Positions 1 through 12,800 of a stretch of DNA of 64,000 nt are shown here, in pieces. Every line of letters begins with the position of its first letter. Within the stretch, counting starts at the first letter, position 1. This stretch comes from Hormiphora californensis (taxonomy: Eukaryota; Animalia; Ctenophora). Location of the stretch: positions 1,612,001-1,676,000 of the forward strand of contig CM035360.1 in NCBI GenBank assembly GCA_020137815.1. The letters are read 5' to 3'. The position numbers and the translations under genes are program-made. The notes under the pieces were generated by a model. It was not told the origin of the DNA, did no database searches, and saw nothing but the letters and a program-made list of their open reading frames with translations.

Positions 1-1433
1 TGGCCCACGAATAATTTTGTAAAACTTAATTTTTTGGACCCGACACTCTAAAGATTTCTATTCACGAGATTTTGTAATTGTACGTGGCACGGTTGTACAG
101 AGTTGTCATATTTGAAACGGTTATACAGAGTTTTCATATTTGAAACGTTCAGTTTATTTCGATTGGAGGAATCTGTCAAGTGTAAGGACAGGTTGGTTAC
201 AAAGTCCGCCTTGAGAAATTAACGGAGCGAGAAGATAAATGATATCCCCTACTTTGAATCAGTCTGACAAGGTTGCTTGTAGCCAGAACGGTGAGGAAGC
301 GCCACTATTTAACCGAAAAAATATAACCTTCACCCATTCAATTAATCAAGCTATCCAATAGCTCTGTTAGATTCAGTTTAATGTTCTTCTCTTTTTATTT
401 TTTCTCTTTCTATACTAGCACTGTTAAACTAGCCCCGCCCTCCATTGGTTATATGTCTCCTACGCATGAAGGTCTTTATAGGTCAAGGAATCGGTATAAA
501 TTATACGATAAACACTTTTCCCTTTTCGTATCTAGATATCTTACGTCATCAGACCTATCAATTTGTTGAAGATAAGACCTTTTAAGGGTTTATTCGCAGC
601 TACTTGTATTATAAAGGACCCCCTATTTGCCGGCCCTGACAAATGTGACAGTCTTTCTAAGTATCACGTGCTGAATGCAGTTGGGGGGGGGGCAGTTTAA
701 TGGTTCAGGTGTTCGACCTACTGTGTGTTTTAAATGACTGGGACTGTTCAAATCGACATAGCGTCAAAAGTTGTGAATATTTTGCTCTGAAATTTTAGGA
801 CAAGGTAGATGGCTACCTGCCATTTATTGTACTCGAATTTCAGCAAAATCGATCCTTCCTGAATGAACCTGTAGCCCAAAAACCTCCTCTAACTTTGAGC
901 GCTCAGATCTCTGCAACCTGATGAGGTAGAGAGCTCAAACTTTCACAATATGTTCATTAGACAATTTACAAACTTTTGGCTGCTTGGTTTGACGATATCT
1001 TTTTTAGTTCCTTCGCAGGAACACGGCAAAGTGGTGTAATTCGGCCTAATTGGGAGCATTTTTGCACTCAGGTATCACGTATCACGTGTCTTACTGGGGG
1101 TAATCAGCCCCCAACAATGTGTTACACCGATTCTGTGATTGCTTCTGAGTGTGGCAAAGTGTGGCGCTTCGTCTGAAATCGTTGACAAGGTCACGTGACT
1201 AGCTGTGGTGCTGAGTGTGGTAGAGCGTGGCGCTTCGTCATGACAAGAGAGAGAGGGAGAGAGATAGTGAGAGAAATAGAGAGAAAGGAAGAGAGTCACA
1301 TTTTCTTCGTCATGACGAGAGAGTTATACTCAGCAGATAGTCATAGAGAGAGCGAATCGGTGACACTATAGTTAGACGTTGTTATCATGTCGAGATGTTC
1401 CACATCTAATCACGTGACCTTTCACCTTGTAAC

Positions 1434-1491
<58 letters not shown>

Positions 1492-1709
1492 TTCGAATCA
1501 AATCAATCAAATCTCCCTCTATCTCCCTCACTTTTTCTCTTTCCCTCTCCTTCTCTTAGCTTGTACTGAGACTGACTTTATGAAAATGAACTGCGTTTTC
1601 TATAGCCAAGCGCTTCGAGTCCGTCTATACTAAAAATTTATTGTGTAGTTGTTTTGACAGTGACTGAGCACAATTTTGACTTATATCAACCAAATCAATA
1701 GTATAGTAC

Positions 1710-4700
1710 CTGTAGTAGCACATCTTGTACATCAGACTGTTATGCATGGCTTTTGAAGCGTCCTTATCCACCTTTGTATTCACCCGTACTGCTGTAGTAG
1801 TCGCTCTCTTTAATGTGTTCACCTGTAGAGAGATGATATTGATAAATTTAATTTAATGATTTATAATAATAATTTAGTTTATTTAGATAAATTCGGAATA
1901 AATTCAAGTGCTAATCAGTATTACTTAGCTTGTAAATTAAGGGATGCTGGTGACAGTTTTAACAAAACTACTCGTTTGGATTTGTAATCATTATATGTAT
2001 TACAAACATTCAGGAATCAGGGAGTGCTACTTAATTACTGCTAATTACCAACTAATTACTGCTAATTACCAACTAATTACTGCTAATTACCTTCAGGAGT
2101 ACTTCCCCCGATTCGAATCATCCAGAGGAACTTGTTAATATCATCGGAGCTGTACCCTGACATACCACCAAATATCACCAACACATAGTCCACATCCAGC
2201 TCCTGATCAAGAGGGTGGGGGGGGGGGGGTTGGTTGGTCATCCTATATTGGTGGGGGCCAGGGTTGGGTAACGGGGCCAGGGTTGGATAACAGGGCCAGG
2301 GTTGGGTAATGGGGCCAGGGTTGGGTAATGGGGCCAGGGTTGGGTAACGGGGCCAGGGTTGGGTAACGGGGCCAGGGTTGGATAACAGGGCCAGGGTTGG
2401 GTAATGGGGCCAGGGTTGGGTAACGGGGCCAGGGGTGGGTAACGGGGCCAGGGTTGGGTAACGGGGCCAGGGTGGGGTAACGGGGCCAGGGTTGGGTAAC
2501 GGGGCCAAGGTTGGGTAACGGGGCCAGGGTTGGGTAACGGGGCCAGGGTTGGGTAACGTAACGGGGGGTTGGTTGGTCAAGAGATGCATGGAAGAGGGGG
2601 GGGGGTTTGGGTTGGTGGTCAAGAGATGCATGGAAGAGGGTGAGGGGATATCATTACTTTTAGTGCCAGTGGGGGGAGAGAGAAACGAGTTCAGTATCTC
2701 AGATCGTATTGACAATTCACAACACCGCAAATTCCAGTTATGTAGGTACGCAGCATTTACTCCCGTTTACTAATACATATATCGATCCGAGAGGTGTATT
2801 AATTTTGCCAACCCTGTTATATCATTGGTTCGTGACCCCGCCCTGTTATTGACGTCACACGGTACATGACCAACGAGCCAATCACGTGAGCACTATTGTT
2901 GTACTTTAATCAATCTTGAATTAAAGTCGGATTTCACATGTACGGTCATTTTGGGGTGACAACTTCAAAAAATCCGACTTTACTAAGGAACCTTGGAACT
3001 TTCGAGCAATCCACGCTCTCTCTTACCCTTAGATAAAGTATCAATCTCACCTGCTCTCTCTTACTCTTAGTTAAAGTAACAATCTCACCTACTCTCCCTT
3101 AGTTAAAGTAACAATCTCACCTTCATAATAGTATAGCTGTGATCCTCCGGACTTGCCATTGCTTGTCCAACTCGGGAAATGTGAGTGTTATTCCAGGTAT
3201 TGTTGTCCACTATAATGGTCCTGAAAACACACATGAGTGTGTTAATTAATTAATTAATTAATAGTTAATTAATAGTTAATAACTAGGGTACTTACTACTT
3301 GTGTAAATAACGAATTGTGAGAAGAATTACTTTCATCTTGAATAATTTGGTAAAGTAAGCAATGTATGTTAAATTGTACACAACAAATTCGCTTATTTTG
3401 CCAAAGTAGTGTTTTGAAATTGTAGCCGTTTGTAACCAATAAATTCTGGCTCATCAAAAGTATATCATTTACCACCCTCCCTGCTTTGTAGATCGGGCAG
3501 TATAAACGTAAGTCGTAGCGAATCAGCTAGCCTTGGTGGGTGGCTTTATATATGCGGAGTTTGATTTGAGTATACATACTCAAATCAAACTCGGCATATA
3601 AAGCCACCCACCAAGTTATTTGTACATGTAGGAATCAAATAACTGGTTAAGAATTTTATGACTTCGGAAGTGGTAAACAGTTATCTAGGTTATGATTGAT
3701 CATACTATTAAGTACTTCCCTGAGGTTAAGAATTGTATGACTTCGGAAGGAATCCCTACTTACATACCAACAACCTCCATACCAACATCCCCCATACCAC
3801 ATAGGTATGGAGGGTGTTGGTATGGAAGCGTTTTGTGAGGTTCAGTGACCTCCATACCAACTCATAGATTATATTTAGAGAGTTGGTATGGAGGGTATTA
3901 AAGTCTCTATAACGCTTCCATACCAACTCGATGCAGCCATACCAACTTGTGAAAATCCTTGATATCTGGGTGTATGGTACTGCCAATTAGAGCTGTCCCG
4001 ATGTACGATTCAATTACACGATTCATATCACGATACGGTATTCAAGTGGCTTCGCTTTGGGTGGGGTGTGCCTTTCACGTACTGAGTGTGTTTAGTTTAA
4101 TGCAATACAAACATAAGATATTACAGGAACTATGTCTTGACTTTACTACAACGGACGAAGCGATAATCCTCCATACATCCACCCATACATCCACCCACTG
4201 GCCACTATAGCCATTCTGATCTCCCCGACTGTCCTCGAGTCATCAGAAATGTGCTCCTCAACCTCTCTCTTCTAATCTTCCTGATTCCCACTTCTTCCAA
4301 AATCCCTCCACGTCGGAGACACTTCAAGATCCGGCACGATACCCAGGACAGCGATGCCTCTCGCATCTGACTCTGTGTTCGGTACCAATAAGGATTAAGG
4401 GTACCTGCACTGGGTATCGTGTATGTCGGTTGGAGTAAGACTGAGTTACTGGGGTCTCGCCTATATTTTCCATCAAGGCTAGCATGAAAATACTATCAGA
4501 ATTATAGACCAATTATAAACCTCCCCTTGCAGCTTGCTCCATCTTTCCTGGTCTTGGTGTCCCTGTAATAGGTGTCTATACCGTGTTACCCAGCCACTGA
4601 AAACTATGGTGCTCCTATAATAGTGGCCTACATTTACTGTTGGTGACATGGACACATGTGCAAGATCGAAGTCAATTTGTGGAAATATACAGGGTGTCCC

Positions 4701-6854
4701 ACTGTCTTTGCGTGACCTGCGATTACTGGTCATGACCGGGTTCCGTCAAATTAATCAAAACTTATCGAAAAATTGGTCAAAATGGTTCTAACAAAAACCA
4801 GTGTTCTAGAGAATTGTCTGGCGAACATCTTAGTTGCAAGATTGACTTTCCAAGTCTTACCAATCGTCAGATATATCGTCGTAAAGTCAAAATTACGTGT
4901 TCATGAAATCCGACCGGGGTTCACGTTTTGAAAAATTCACAAATGCAAAGTTGCTCGGATCACATTGCATTCCTCATAAGAGTTGTGGGAAATTGTCTGG
5001 CGGTCATTTTGGTACCCGGTTTTTTGTCCTAGCTCAATGTTTAGAGTGTCTTATGACTGTCTAAAGACGAAATTCAACCAGCATTTTTGAGGGGATCACG
5101 TGTCATCAACAAATGGGTAAAATGATTTGAAATTTACAAGAGCTTCATTGGAATCGTCTAAGGTTCATTTTGATACCATGGTCTTTTCCATAGCTCTACG
5201 TTTAAGTTGCGTTATGACTGTAGGAACATGAAGATTTTTCTATGCTGAGCCTTAGTTGGTATCGGCTCACAACCCCTAATTAGGTGGCTCGGTGTCGTGT
5301 GTAATCCCATGATAATCAGCACATATCGTCTCAATTTCATCTAGACACTTGACAGGGTTGTTATGACGATTTGGCAAGGCCCCTGTTAATGTGTAGGATA
5401 CGCAAGTGGTCTATCTCAACCCTATCATGCACTAAGATGTTATTCAAGCAGCTATGAGCTTCATAACAGGGCAAAATGCAATGCGATACCTGAGAGCACT
5501 TTTGGGAAAATCCCAGTTCTGACAGTCATAAGACACTCTAAACATTGAGCTAGGATAAAAACCCGGGTACCAAAATGACCGCCAGACAATTTCCTACAAC
5601 TCTTATGAGGAATGCAATGTGATCCGAGCAACTTTGCATTTGTGAATTTTTCAAAACGTGAACCCCGGTCGGATTTCATGAACACGTAATTTTGACTTTA
5701 CGACGATATATCTGACGATTGGTAAGACTTGGAAAGTCAATCTTGCAACTAAGATGTTCGCCAGACAATTCTCTAGAACACTGGTTTTTGTTAGAACCAT
5801 TTTAGTAGTATAGTGTGGACAGTTGGGACCCCTTTTTCGCTCGAATATGTCACCTCCAAATATGGGCATGTCACGTGACACACGTGATGTCATATGACAT
5901 CACGTGACATCACATGACGTCATATGATGTCACGTGATTATGACGTCATGGTGTGACCTTTGTGACGTCACTAGCGCTGACAAGGGATCAGCGGGGTTTG
6001 AACTCGCTACCTTTGTAACAAAAGCCAATCTCTTAGACCATGCGGCCACCGTGCGGCATTAGATCATCACATTTGAGACCTTTTTAAATGCTATAACTTC
6101 ACAATAAGTCCACAGTGATTCTTGCTCCGTTCCTACCCTGTTATTCACTGTTATCTGGTGTTTCTCGTGTGTTCCAAGTATTACAAGAACACATAGAAAC
6201 AGCGAAAGAACACCCAAGAATAAAAATTTGTGGGTTCTCCGATTGCGCTGTAAACTCTATTAATCGAATTAAACATTGAATTTGTAAATAAAAACTTCAA
6301 GAATATCTGTACACATCAAAACGTATGCAAACAATGGTCTCAACCACCCATTTCGAAGAATGTCTTGATTCGCGTGCTATTTCAACTAAATCATCTCTTT
6401 CGATTTCATTCTTTACTTTCATTATATCGTCTTGATCTGCTATGACTTGTGCTGTTTCGAACACCATTGTATTGTTAGATGGATGGAAAAACTTTAATTC
6501 ATCCGTTTCAGTGTTCCTTAATATGTAACCAAAAGCTACATTGACTTTTACAGGTTTTTTGTAATATTTCAGTACTCCACCGAGTTTCCCGGGAATGCTA
6601 TCATAAGGGGAGATTGGAAAATGATACATATCCTTGAGAATCCCTTTCTTGACACTGTGCTTGATGGTTTTCCAGTTTTTGCGATAAAGCGGCTTTACTG
6701 AATCGCCTACGTTCTTCAGAAAATCATCCATGATGGAAATGAAACGGTTCTAAATCTCACTTGTATTTATAGCTAGTGAGAAACTACCTGTAACTACCGC
6801 ATAATTTTAAGTTCTCGCGATATGCTATTAGCAGTCAAGATTATAGTATACCAA

Positions 6855-6888
<34 letters not shown>

Positions 6889-9800
6889 CTCTCTCCCTCA
6901 ATTTCTTTTGGAGACCCCTTATTTATTTAGTGGATGATCCCTTGTTTATACAGATAGAATCTACACTCGAGTTCACTGTATATCTATTTGAGTGCCACCT
7001 TTAGTCCCATGTTCCGCTGATACCTTTCACTCTCTCTCTATCTCTATGTCTCTCTCTCTTATAGTCCACTTTTTTCTAGACAATATGTTATTATTGACAC
7101 ATTCCCGCAAACTTACACTACATCACGTGAACTAGTTTATTCCTAATTTGGCTAGCAAATATCAACAGGTGTCCTCATGGTACCGGAGTCCAGTGCTTTA
7201 GTTACCTTTCTTCATACGTGTGCTCAGTGAGTAACTGGAACAGCTCACACTGCAGCTGTACAGTTGATGTTGCTTGAAAGTCTGAATTCCGGGTGCTATG
7301 ACGCTATGTGCCATATTTCTGTTGCTGTGCTCTATACTGAATAAATGTACAGATACCAGTTTATACTTTGCAGAGCAGAGCTCAGGCTTGACTTTGGAAC
7401 TTATCTTATTTGTCCTTTATTCTTACTGGTATTGACATCTAACCGTGATGCTTACATGACTTTTCACATACATTGCTTTAGATAGTTACGATTGCGGACC
7501 TAAAGCTTCTTCATGTCATAGTATAGAGAGTCTTATAATCGACAACAGCTGAGGATGGCGAGACGGCTCTATCTCCTTTTATTTCTGGGAGTTTTCTTTG
7601 TTCAACCTCAACTATCTCATTTCTTAAATTTAAAGCGAAAGGTGAGATTATGTGACTAATAAATAAACTAATTGTATTGCTATGTAGGATATATTCAAGT
7701 TTATTGTAAGATAAATTTCACTTAAAGTGAGTTTTCTTCTTCAGGGCGATGATGAAGATGATGAAAGGCCTGGACCTTCTTCCTCTCACCACCATGTAAG
7801 CAAGTAGTCTTCAATAAAATTATCCCTATTCAATTTTACCATCAAAGATTCAGTCAAAACAAGATCTACCTTGACTGTTTGTGGTGTACCTCGATCTATA
7901 AGATATAGTAGTTAATGTGTTTTTTTTTCTTTCTTCAGTCCAGCGGCTGTGGAAATGCTGAACCATCAAATGTCAAATCTGTAAGTCCTAGTTCAATATT
8001 TTTGTAAGTTGATTCACGTCCAAACGACGAGCTTCATTCAAACAAGAACCAACTTTCATTTCAGGGGAAACATCGGGCTGTGACCTGCCCACTGTGTGAT
8101 AATACTATCCGGGCGTCACAGCTGGAAAATCACAAAGGAGGGCGCAAGTGCGTTAAGCAGTGTGAAATTTGCACTCGAAGAGTTCCCGGCAAAGACTATA
8201 AGGCTCACAGAGACGAACATCTCATACAGATTCAGCACAGTTTCTCTCACTCTCAACCCAGTCCGACCTCTCCGTTCCAAGCCGTTCAAGTAGATCCAGA
8301 GCTTGAATTGATTTACAAAGAGCACCCTGTTATCCAAACGAGCGTTAAAATAGGCAGGGTAATGGATGTATACAATGTTCAAGTAGATCACCTGAACACT
8401 GGAGAGCTATTAAATTGCTTCAAAAAAGTCTACAGGCATCAAAGAAACGCTTTTAAGCTCCAAATTTCGCTGGGAGTCATCCTGAAACATCAAAGAACTG
8501 GTGAACTTGCCTATTATCGTCCTTCCCAAAATAACCAGCTACTTTTGGACTCTCCAACACTGATAAAAAATTCTGAGGATAAGAGGGCTTTTATTAATTT
8601 GTTAGAAGGAATTGACCTTGAAAAATCCATTAGGCGCCCCTCTACTGAATGGTCTGCAGTTAAAGTGACCAATGTTAGCTTCTACGTGTTTCGACTGAAA
8701 GGTACTGCTATCGGAGGTGGTGTTGAGCTACCAGACCACTTGCTACGGAACAAAGGACTGATTTCTTTAGTGACTTCTAGGAAGACTGGAAAGCCCTATA
8801 GCGATCAGAAATGCTTCTTCCGGTGTCTCGCTCTGCACCAAGGTTCAGACCCTCAGTCGCTTGAAAAGAAGACCAATCAGCTCGTGAAAGAATATTGTAA
8901 CAAGGCATCTATAAAGACAAAGCAGTTTAACGGAGTCTCTCTAGATCAACTTGAGGACGTTTCACGACTTTTTGGAGTAGGAATTATTGTCTATGAGCAA
9001 GATGAGGATAGATCCACGTCTACAGTGTGGCGCTCCATCACCGAAGATAATGCCATGCACGTGAACCTGTTCCAAACTCATTTCAGCTTTGTCCAAGATC
9101 TTGAGAAGTTTTCATCTTCATACAGATGTCTACAATGCGACAAGTTTTTCGACCACCATGGTCACTATAAGAGGCACACGAAAACCTGTGACATGAATGT
9201 GAGAGAAAAGTACGTGGGCGGTACATTTAGTGTGAAACCCACAGTCTTCGATGAGCTAGAGGACTTTGGAGTGGACATACCATCGGAACTACGCCCTTAT
9301 CCTTATCGAGCTGTGTTTGATATTGAGTGCATGCTGACAAAGGAGGTAGACATTGCTGAAACAGATAGGACAAGCTACGTTAACCGTCATCAGTTGGTCT
9401 CCATCTCCGTGAGTTCTAATGTGCCGGAGTTTCAAACCCCAAGATGCTTCGTCCTCAACACACCTGATGGGCAAAAGACCTTAGTCTCAGAGTTCCTGGA
9501 GTACCTTAGGAAAATCAGTGATGCTGCAGCCTGTAGAGTAGGGGAACTGTACCAGGAGTACAACATTGCTGAGGTTGAGGACGATAAAATACAGTCACGA
9601 TGGGAAAATCACGTATCCCAGCTGCCTGTACTTGCATTCAACGGGGCCAAATACGACCTAAATGTTCTACGAGAGTTTCTGTTCCCAATCCTGGCAAAAG
9701 AAGATTCAGTCAGATTCATGATCAAGAAGGGCAGCAGTTACATGGCAATTTGCACAGATCAACTAAAATTCCTGGATATGATCAACTACGTGGCTCCTGG

Positions 9801-12800
9801 TTATTCGCTCGAAAAATTTACCAAAGCTTATGGTGCTAAGGATCGAAAAAGCTTCTTTCCGTATGAATACTTGGACTGTTTCGACAAATTGAAGGTAAAG
9901 AAGTTCCCGAAGTACCAGGATTTCTTCTCGTCGCTAAAGGGAAAAGTGTCACTTGAGCCTAATGTTGGGGAGAGCCTCTCGGATTTAGAGGTCCAGTACA
10001 TCGGTAGACAGCCCAGTAAAGATGATCCGATTTCTTTGAAGGAGATTAGTGAGTTGGGTCAGTTCCGGTATCACCAGCTGAAAGACATGTTTGAAAGGAA
10101 CAAGTGGTGTGTTCGGGACTACCTTATCTACTATAACAATTTGGATACTACTTCGTTTTTGGAGGCCATCGAGAACTTGGTTCAGTACTACAACGCTAGG
10201 GGAGTGGATGTGTTCAAGGATGCTTTATCAGGTAAATTGCTAACGGATATTATCTCGCATAGTAAATAATCAAATATTTTACTAAAATTACTAATAATCC
10301 GTTATAGTTCCTGGGATCGCAGAACGGATTGCCTTCAAGGGGCTGAATAATCGGGATGAGACCTTCCACCTTTTCAACGGAAAAAATAAGGACCTCGTAC
10401 ATCTATTTCTATCAAACAATGTTGGCGGTCCAGCTATCATTTTTGATCGATACCAGGAAGCAGGTATTTGAGATACAGTCAGAACCCGATTTAGTGACCC
10501 CCGATTTAGTGACACCCCGATTTAGTGACATGATAAATTTCCCCCGATATTGCAAATTAACGGTATTTGACCCCGATTTAGTGGCCACCCCGATTTAGTG
10601 ACCAAAACCCTTTCCCCCGAGGATGTCACTAAATCGGGGTCCGACTGTACTCCCAACATTCTACTCTAACTCTCCTAACTAGATTTATACTAACTTCTCC
10701 AAACTCAGATGTAACCAAAATACGCCATGATGATAACGGAAAACTCTGCAAGAAGGTGCTTGGTTTGGATGCCAACGCCCTTTATCTGGGTAAGATCCTC
10801 GGTCAATTTTTTTTGGGTGCTATCAAGCGCCGTAAATTCAATCACTTCTTGAAACGAGTGTTTGCTTTCTCGATTCAAAACTGAAGATAGTATTGTCTGA
10901 TAAATTTCAGCCAGTTACAGCTCAGGATTTAAGCTGCATGCTCGGCTCAAAACCGTAAGAGCCACTGAATAAACACACATGTGTTAGTAACAGACGTAAA
11001 TATTTTTCCAACAGAATGCATGTCGAGGGAAATGCCATGTGGGATGTTCCTAAGACGACGAGCACCAGACTTCATTCTAGAGTACCCTAGCTACACCTCA
11101 AAAGTGGCTATTGAATGGTTAAGCTGGGTAGAAGAAGACCAGGGTATAGAGATCCAACATGCCAAAAACAGCGGTGAGGTGAGGATTGGACCAAGAAAAA
11201 TTCCAGTTGATGGCTTTCACAGGTAATCACATCAACACGCATCTGATCATGTGATTTGATTTCTATATAGCTACCTTTTGCACGCACATTAAATAAAGAG
11301 CTTTGGAATCAGAATAATTATCACAATAATACCGTTAATCAGGATAAAAGTGATTATCTTAGACTAATAATCCATTTCAGAGAGTCCAAAACAGTGTACC
11401 AATTCCACGGTTGCTGGTTTCATGGATGTAGAGAGTGCTTCCCAGACAATCGTGATGTAGAGAAGTCTGGTAGAAAATCCCATGATTTCAACTTCAACAG
11501 AACTCAGAAGGTCACTACCGAACTGGAGAGTCTCGGCTATACAGTAAGTTTTGTACACATGTTACTGTAAGGACAAAGACCGTAGCATCTAATTCAATGT
11601 TCAATCCTATTTTCAGCTGGTTGAAATGTGGGAGTGTGACTGGAAGGAGAGAAGGAAATCCGTTCAGCTGTCAACAAAGCATCTTTACCCCTTCGAGGCG
11701 TCATATCGTCTGACGGAAAAGCAGATTTTGGCTGCTATTCAGAAAGGAGAGATGTTTGGTGCAGCTGAAGTTGACATCAACGTACCCGATAATTTAAAGG
11801 ATAGGTATGAGAAATTCAGCCCCCTAGTAATATCGATCCATTAGACAATCTAATTAAACTTGTTTTAAAATGGTCCAATAGCTAGAATATTTCAGGTTCA
11901 GTGAGATGACTCCAATATTCAAAAATGTGGTGATTACAGAGGATGACATAGGCGAATATATGAGAGATTACATCCGGGAGACTGGGGAGAAGTTCAAGGA
12001 TCGGCGCAACCTAATAGGTTCAATGTTCGCAGAAAAAATTCTCTTGGTCACTCCTCTTCTCAAGTGGTACTTGGACAACGGTTTAGTCGTCACTAAGCTT
12101 CACCAGTTTGTTCAATTCCGACCTGTACGCTGTTTCAAGTCATTTGCAGACAACGTCTCCAATGATCGACGTGCAGGTAAGATATTCAGCACATTTTCTC
12201 ATCTTTATTCTACTTTTGAAGATTATATAAACTTATTTTTAATGAACCTACGCTTTAGGGGATGTAGATCCGAGCAAAGCCATCATTGCGGAGACGTCAA
12301 AGTTAATTGGCAACAGCGTATACGGCCACAGCATCATGCGCAAAGACCGTCATACATCCGTTAAACTCGTTGATCTAGAGAAAGCTAGCAAGTTGGTGAA
12401 TGATCCTCTAATGGTCAGCCTGGAAGAGATGGAAGAGGAGACATTCGAGGTACAATTTTGATGAATAATTGTGACTATATACACAATTATGTATTATTTA
12501 CTTGTTATGGAATAATATTCCACTATCCCCAAGGTTGTTAGTAAAAAGAGAAGAGTGACGTATGATCTACCAGTACATCTCGGCTTCTTTGTCTATTCTC
12601 TGGCAAAGCTGAAAATGCTGAAATTTTATTATGATGTACTCGATCGCTTCATTGATAGAAGTAATTTTGCCCTTCTAGAGATGGATACTGGTGAGAATTA
12701 TATTGGAACTCACCGCCGTAGACGGCTCTCTGCAGCTGAGAACTATCTACGATGGGAAAAATAGACGTGTGGTGATATAAAAAGTTATAATAACTTCTGT

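Noticed and set aside
2083-2730. 215-aa proline-rich protein
   Set aside because: Read-through of a 19-bp intronic minisatellite into the real STT3 exon 2202-2091.
3756-3986. Duplicated small genes (also 16377-16628, 23131-23382/23918-24169, 51645-51875/51965-52204)
   Set aside because: Mirror-image ORFs produced by the two arms of inverted repeats, with no protein features.
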